A DNA stretch of 63,138 nt from Pseudomonadota bacterium (GTDB taxonomy: Bacteria; Bdellovibrionota_B; Oligoflexia; Oligoflexales; CAIYRB01): contig JANOTL010000208.1 in NCBI GenBank assembly GCA_031416315.1, positions 1-63,138 of the forward strand, written 5' to 3'. Both the position numbers and the translations under genes were made by a program. The notes beneath the pieces are model-generated. The model was not told the origin of the DNA, did no database searches, and worked only from the letters and a program-made list of their open reading frames with translations. Positions 58,657 through 63,138 of the stretch are shown in pieces. The stretch's first letter is position 1. The number at the start of each line of letters is the position of its first letter.

Positions 58657-58968
58657 TCAGTCAGCCGCGCGGGCGTCGTAGGCTTTGTTCACGGATTCGC
58701 GAAGCTTGTCGGAAGGATGGAAGGTCACGACGCGGCGAGCGGAGATCTCGATGCGGTCGCCCGTGTGCGGGTTGCGACCCGGACGCGCGCGCTTCTCTTT
58801 GACCGTCCATTTGCCGAAGCCGGAGATCTTGACTTCCTTGCCTTCTTCCAGCTTGAGCTTGACCTCCTCGAGAATGATCTCGAGGATTTCCTTCGCTTCC
58901 TTGACTGGGTAGCCCACTTTGTCGCGGATCATCTCAATGAGAGCATCTTTCGTAAGCGTGCCGTCCAC
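58657..58968 (-). CDS. ihfA: Integration host factor alpha subunit
   Basis: LTK, VKISGFG, RPGRNP.TG, ISARRVVTF. Confidence 0.88.
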   Translation of the reverse strand: MDGTLTKDALIEMIRDKVGYPVKEAKEILEIILEEVKLKLEEGKEVKISGFGKWTVKEKRARPGRNPHTGDRIEISARRVVTFHPSDKLRESVNKAYDARAAD

Positions 58969-59075
58969 TGCTCACTCCCAATCAAAAAGCGTTGGATCGA
59001 ACTTGCTCTTAAATATTAGCAGGTTCACGATAGGGCGAGAAGAGCGCTAGTGATTATTTTGGAGGAGCCCGATCC

Positions 59076-60065
59076 ATGCCCGCAAAAAAGCGCGTCCTGA
59101 CCGGGTCACGGCCGTCCGGATCTCCTCATGTCGGGAACTATCTCGGGGCTTACCTGCCGCTCATTGAGCTGCAAGACCCTTACGATTTCTTCTTTTTCTT
59201 GGCAGATTTCCACACCTTGAACAGCGACGTCGGTCCCGCCGAGATGCGCCAATATTCTTATGACATGATCGCGACCCTACTCGCGGCCGGGCTGGACCCG
59301 AACCGCGGCTGCTTCTTTGCACAGTCGGCCGTCCCGGAGGTTTGCGAGCTCGCCTGGGTCCTCGGCTGCCAGGCCCCGATGGGGATGATGACCCGCGCGC
59401 ATTCCTATAAAGACGCCGTCGCCAAAGGCGTCGACGTCAACATGGGCGTTCTCAACTATCCGGTGCTGATGGCGGCCGACATCCTCCTCTACGACGCCGA
59501 CGTCGTCCCAGTCGGTCAGGATCAGAAGCAACATCTCGAAATGACGCGCGACTTCGCGCAGCGCTTCAACAACCGCTACGGTTCCGTGCTCACCATCCCG
59601 GAGCCCCTGATTTCCGAAGAGGTCGCCGTTGTTCCCGGCACCAACGGTGAAAAGATGAGCAAGTCGAAGAACAACGTCATCTCAATCTTCGCCACCGACA
59701 AAGACTGGAAAAAGCAGGTCGGAAACATCGTCACTGACGCGACGCCGCTAGAGGCGCCGAAGGATCCGACGAGGTGCAACGTCTTCGCGCTCTACAAGCT
59801 CTTGGCGACGAAGGAAGAAAGCGCTGCGATGGCGGAGAATTATCGCAAGGGCGGCTACGGCTACGGGCATGCCAAGCAGGAGCTCGCGAAGAAGCTCGGC
59901 GAGCGCTTCGGCCCGATGCGCGACAAGTACTTCGAGCTCATCAAGCGACCCGACGATCTGCGCGACATCGTGCAGACCGGCTCGCGGAAGGCACGCGAGA
60001 TGGCGAAGGCGAAGGTCGAGCAGGTGCAGGCGGCGGTCGGCGTGATCGGGCGGCCCTTCGCATGA
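59076..60065 (+). CDS. trpS: Tryptophan--tRNA ligase
   Basis: HVGN, YPVLMAADIL, VPVG.DQ, KMSKS. Confidence 0.97.
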   Translation: MPAKKRVLTGSRPSGSPHVGNYLGAYLPLIELQDPYDFFFFLADFHTLNSDVGPAEMRQYSYDMIATLLAAGLDPNRGCFFAQSAVPEVCELAWVLGCQAPMGMMTRAHSYKDAVAKGVDVNMGVLNYPVLMAADILLYDADVVPVGQDQKQHLEMTRDFAQRFNNRYGSVLTIPEPLISEEVAVVPGTNGEKMSKSKNNVISIFATDKDWKKQVGNIVTDATPLEAPKDPTRCNVFALYKLLATKEESAAMAENYRKGGYGYGHAKQELAKKLGERFGPMRDKYFELIKRPDDLRDIVQTGSRKAREMAKAKVEQVQAAVGVIGRPFA

Positions 60066-61654
60066 GGCGCTTGCGGACCGGGATCCTGATCGCGGCATGG
60101 GTCGCCTCCGGCGCGACGGCTAAGGACCTGCCCGGCGTGGACGAGACCACCAAGACCATCCGGGTAAACCTCTACGACGAGCCGAAAACCCTAGACCCTC
60201 AGCTTGCCGCGGACACCGTCGCGACCATGATTTTGGGCCATGTCGGCGAGGGGCTGGCGCGCCTGGACCCGGCGGGCAAGCCCGTCCCCGCCCAAGCTGA
60301 AAGCTGGCAGGTCAAGGACGCCACGCACTACGTCTTCACGCTGCGCAAAGACGCCCAATGGAGCGACGGCAAGCCCGTCGTCGCCGCCGACTTCCTCCAC
60401 GGCTGGACCCGCGCCCTGGACCCCGAGCTCGCCAGCGAGTCGGCGTTCCTCCTTTTCGCCGTGAAAAATGCCCGCGCCATCAAGGCCGGCACCATGCCGA
60501 AGACGGCTCTAGCCGTGAAAGCCGTCGACGAGCGCACCCTCGAGGTCGAGCTCGAGCGCCCGACGGAGTATTTCCTCCGCCTCCTCAACTTGAGCGTTTA
60601 CTACCCCGCCCGCCGCGACGCGCCGAAGGCGCATGTCGGCAACGGCCCCTTCGTCATCGCGGCGTGGGAGCACGACAAGAGCATGACGCTGCGGAAAAAC
60701 GAGCGTTACTGGAACAAGGACGAGATCGCCGTCGAGGTCTTAGACTTCCCCATGCTTCTGCGCGACAAAACCGCCGAGTTCCACATGTTCCGCGAGGGCA
60801 AGCTCGCCCTCGTTTGGTCCCTGTCGAAGGAGCTCCTTCCCGAAGTCGCCGCCGCGGGCCTCCCGATGCGCAAATACAATTACGGCAGCGTCTCGTTTTT
60901 CCAGTTCAACGTGCGCCGGCCGCTCTTCGCCGAAAAACACCTGCGCAAGGCGTTCCAATTGGCGTTGAACCGCGAAGAGTTCGTCGGCATGGTCCACGGC
61001 ATCCCCGGCTCGAAGCCGATCTACGGCATCGTTCCCGAGTACATGCCGGGCGTCACCAAGCGCTACGGCGAGGAGTTTCCGCTCGCCTTCCCCGACGCCC
61101 AGGTCGATGCGGCGAAGGCCGAGCTCGAGCTGGCGAAAAAGGCGCTGAAGCTCGACAAGCTCCCTCCGATCCAACTCCTCGCGAGCGACACCGACGACAT
61201 GCGCCGCGACGCCGCGTACTTCGCCAAGTACTTCAAGGAGAAGCTCGGCCTCGAGCTCGTGCCCGAGCACCAGAGCTTCAAGACGCGCCTCCAGCGCAGC
61301 GAGCGCGGCGAGTTCGATCTCGTCCTGTCCGGTTGGGGGCCCGACTATCTCGACGCCATGACCTTCGCCGACCTGCACACGAGCTGGAACGAGAACAACA
61401 ACTCGGGCTGGAGCTCGAAGGACTACGACGGCGCGATCGAGCGCGCCATGCGCGCGACCGATGCCAAGACGCGCCTCGAGGCGATCGCCGCCGCCGAGCG
61501 GATCCTCGTCGAGGAAGCGCCGGTCATCCCGTATCTGCAGTCTTTCCGCGTTTACGTGCAGGACCCGCGCGTCGTCGGCGTCGTCCGCCGCACGGTCGGC
61601 GCCGACCCCGACTTCTACTACGCGAAGTTCGCCGGGCCGGTTGCGAAAAAGTAG
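60062..61654 (+). CDS. Oligopeptide ABC substrate-binding protein (OppA-like)
   Basis: EP.TLDP, FTLR..A.WSDG.PV.A.DF, NGPF, GWGPDY. Confidence 0.9.
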   Translation: MRRLRTGILIAAWVASGATAKDLPGVDETTKTIRVNLYDEPKTLDPQLAADTVATMILGHVGEGLARLDPAGKPVPAQAESWQVKDATHYVFTLRKDAQWSDGKPVVAADFLHGWTRALDPELASESAFLLFAVKNARAIKAGTMPKTALAVKAVDERTLEVELERPTEYFLRLLNLSVYYPARRDAPKAHVGNGPFVIAAWEHDKSMTLRKNERYWNKDEIAVEVLDFPMLLRDKTAEFHMFREGKLALVWSLSKELLPEVAAAGLPMRKYNYGSVSFFQFNVRRPLFAEKHLRKAFQLALNREEFVGMVHGIPGSKPIYGIVPEYMPGVTKRYGEEFPLAFPDAQVDAAKAELELAKKALKLDKLPPIQLLASDTDDMRRDAAYFAKYFKEKLGLELVPEHQSFKTRLQRSERGEFDLVLSGWGPDYLDAMTFADLHTSWNENNNSGWSSKDYDGAIERAMRATDAKTRLEAIAAAERILVEEAPVIPYLQSFRVYVQDPRVVGVVRRTVGADPDFYYAKFAGPVAKK

Positions 61655-61744
61655 CGAGGCGCTCGCCTGCGCGCTTGATGATCGCGGACGCCGACGTCGG
61701 ACAGATTGTAGCGGAGTTGCGCTGGATTGCGCTACGCTGCGGGT

Positions 61745-63138
61745 ATGAGCAGGAAAACCTGGAATCGGATCGCGAGCGGCGTCGTCGCTCTGGGCGTCGC
61801 CGCCGGCGGCTTGGCGACCTTTCTCGTGCTGCGCCAGGGCCTCAGCGAAGCGGAGCTGCGGGCTGGCGTGGGCAAGGCGACGGTCGAGGTCGATGCCGAT
61901 GGTGTGCCGACCATCGCCGCGGAGGACTGGCTCGCCGTCACCAAGGCGCAGGGCTTCGTCGTCGCCTCGGAGCGACTGTGGCAGATGGATCTCATCCGGC
62001 GCAAGGCCGGCGGGCGCATGGCGGAGCTCTTCGGGACCGTGGCGCTGGCTCACGACTTGGAGACGCAGAGAGATGATCGCCTAGGTGCCGCCCGACGCGG
62101 CGTCGAGGCGTTGCCGCAGGAGGAGCGTGCCGCATGCGAGGCTTACGCAGAAGGCGTCAACTCCTTCATCACGGCCGCGAAGAGCCGCTGGGGCTTCGAG
62201 TATCAGCTCCTGCGGACCGAGCCCGAGCCGTGGCAGTGCGCGGATTCCCTCCTGGTCTTGATCGAAATGCTGGACATGCTGACGAGCACCGCGTCACGAG
62301 ACGCGAGCGCCGGTCGTTGGTCCAAGCATCTGTCGCCCGCCTGGAAGGAGCTGCTCTTCCCGGCTCGTCACCCCTGGAACGAGCCGCTATTCGGCACCGA
62401 TCCGCTGCGGTCGCCGGCGATGCCGCCGCCCGCGGAGTGGATCCCGCCCAAACCGCTCGCCGCGAACGACGCGGCGCGCGTCGTCCGGGATCCGCCCGTC
62501 ATCGGCAGCAACAATTGGGCGTGGCGCGGGCGGACCGGTGCGTTCCTCGCGACTGACCCGCATCTCGGGCAGGTCGTCCCCGGGATCTGGTACGCCTTGC
62601 GCCTGCGCGTGGCGGCGGAGGATTGGGCCGTCGGCGCCTCGATCCCTGGACTGCCGGGCGTCATCATCGGCATGAATCCCCATGTTTCGTGGGCGTTCAC
62701 CAACACGGGCGAGGACGTCGACGATCTGCTCGAAGAGACCCTCACCGAAGACGGCAATAGCTACCTGGAGAAGCGCGACGGCGAGACTCAGATCTGGAAG
62801 CCGATCGAGCGCAAGACCTTTGCGATCAAGGTCAAAGGCGAAGCCGCGCCGCGGCAGCTCGAAGCGACCTTCACGCATCGCGGCCCGCTCGTGGACAGCA
62901 GATCGCGGCAATGGCTCGCCTTGAAGCCGGGCGTGCTGCGGCTCCCCGCGTTCGACATCATGCGCTCGAAAGATCTGGCGGAGCTCGACCGCGCGCTCGA
63001 CGGCATGCGCTCGCCGGCGCAAAACTGCGTCGCGAGCGATCGCGCCGGCACGATTGTATATCGCACGACCCGGACCGGCGTCGGGCCGCGGCTCGACGCC
63101 CTGACGCCGGTCGGCGCGTTGGCCGGGGAATGGGGCGG
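61745..63138 (+). CDS. Penicillin acylase family Ntn-hydrolase (runs off the window)
   Basis: Translated by hand from ATG 61745: GVPTI, AQGF..A.ERLWQMD..RR, GSNNWA, DPHL. Confidence 0.9.
   Translation, partial: MSRKTWNRIASGVVALGVAAGGLATFLVLRQGLSEAELRAGVGKATVEVDADGVPTIAAEDWLAVTKAQGFVVASERLWQMDLIRRKAGGRMAELFGTVALAHDLETQRDDRLGAARRGVEALPQEERAACEAYAEGVNSFITAAKSRWGFEYQLLRTEPEPWQCADSLLVLIEMLDMLTSTASRDASAGRWSKHLSPAWKELLFPARHPWNEPLFGTDPLRSPAMPPPAEWIPPKPLAANDAARVVRDPPVIGSNNWAWRGRTGAFLATDPHLGQVVPGIWYALRLRVAAEDWAVGASIPGLPGVIIGMNPHVSWAFTNTGEDVDDLLEETLTEDGNSYLEKRDGETQIWKPIERKTFAIKVKGEAAPRQLEATFTHRGPLVDSRSRQWLALKPGVLRLPAFDIMRSKDLAELDRALDGMRSPAQNCVASDRAGTIVYRTTRTGVGPRLDALTPVGALAGEWG

Overview
GC-rich bacterial chromosomal window, probably Bdellovibrionota/Oligoflexia-like. 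That placement is inferred from a TIGR02147-type gene, deltaproteobacterial-type pilB-pilT-pilC and many orphan lipoproteins. Most of it is housekeeping or envelope genes (map, yacG, cyoE, slt-like, holA, ppx, ribF, aroE, queG, kdsA, secG, nagZ-like, pduO-type, ihfA, trpS, oppA-like) plus tRNA-Phe(GAA) and tRNA-Leu(GAG). Structure beyond the gene list: (1) an integrase-less ~7.5 kb Wzm/Wzt plus multidomain glycosyltransferase island bracketed by an intact serA-like gene and a decayed direct copy of its 3' end, which is still TGATG-coupled to nifU; (2) a two-lipoprotein unit with a sigma28-like promoter and a terminator, whose products share a G[ND]GLxLADP motif, one with a toxin-like C-terminus; (3) several sigma28-like promoters before secreted or unknown genes; (4) two small membrane ORFs coupled to cyoE that are missing from the ORF track; (5) a perfect 25-bp inverted repeat at the end of holA. 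No CRISPR array, rRNA, integrase or transposase was recognised. All family calls come from motif recognition by eye, with no database searches.
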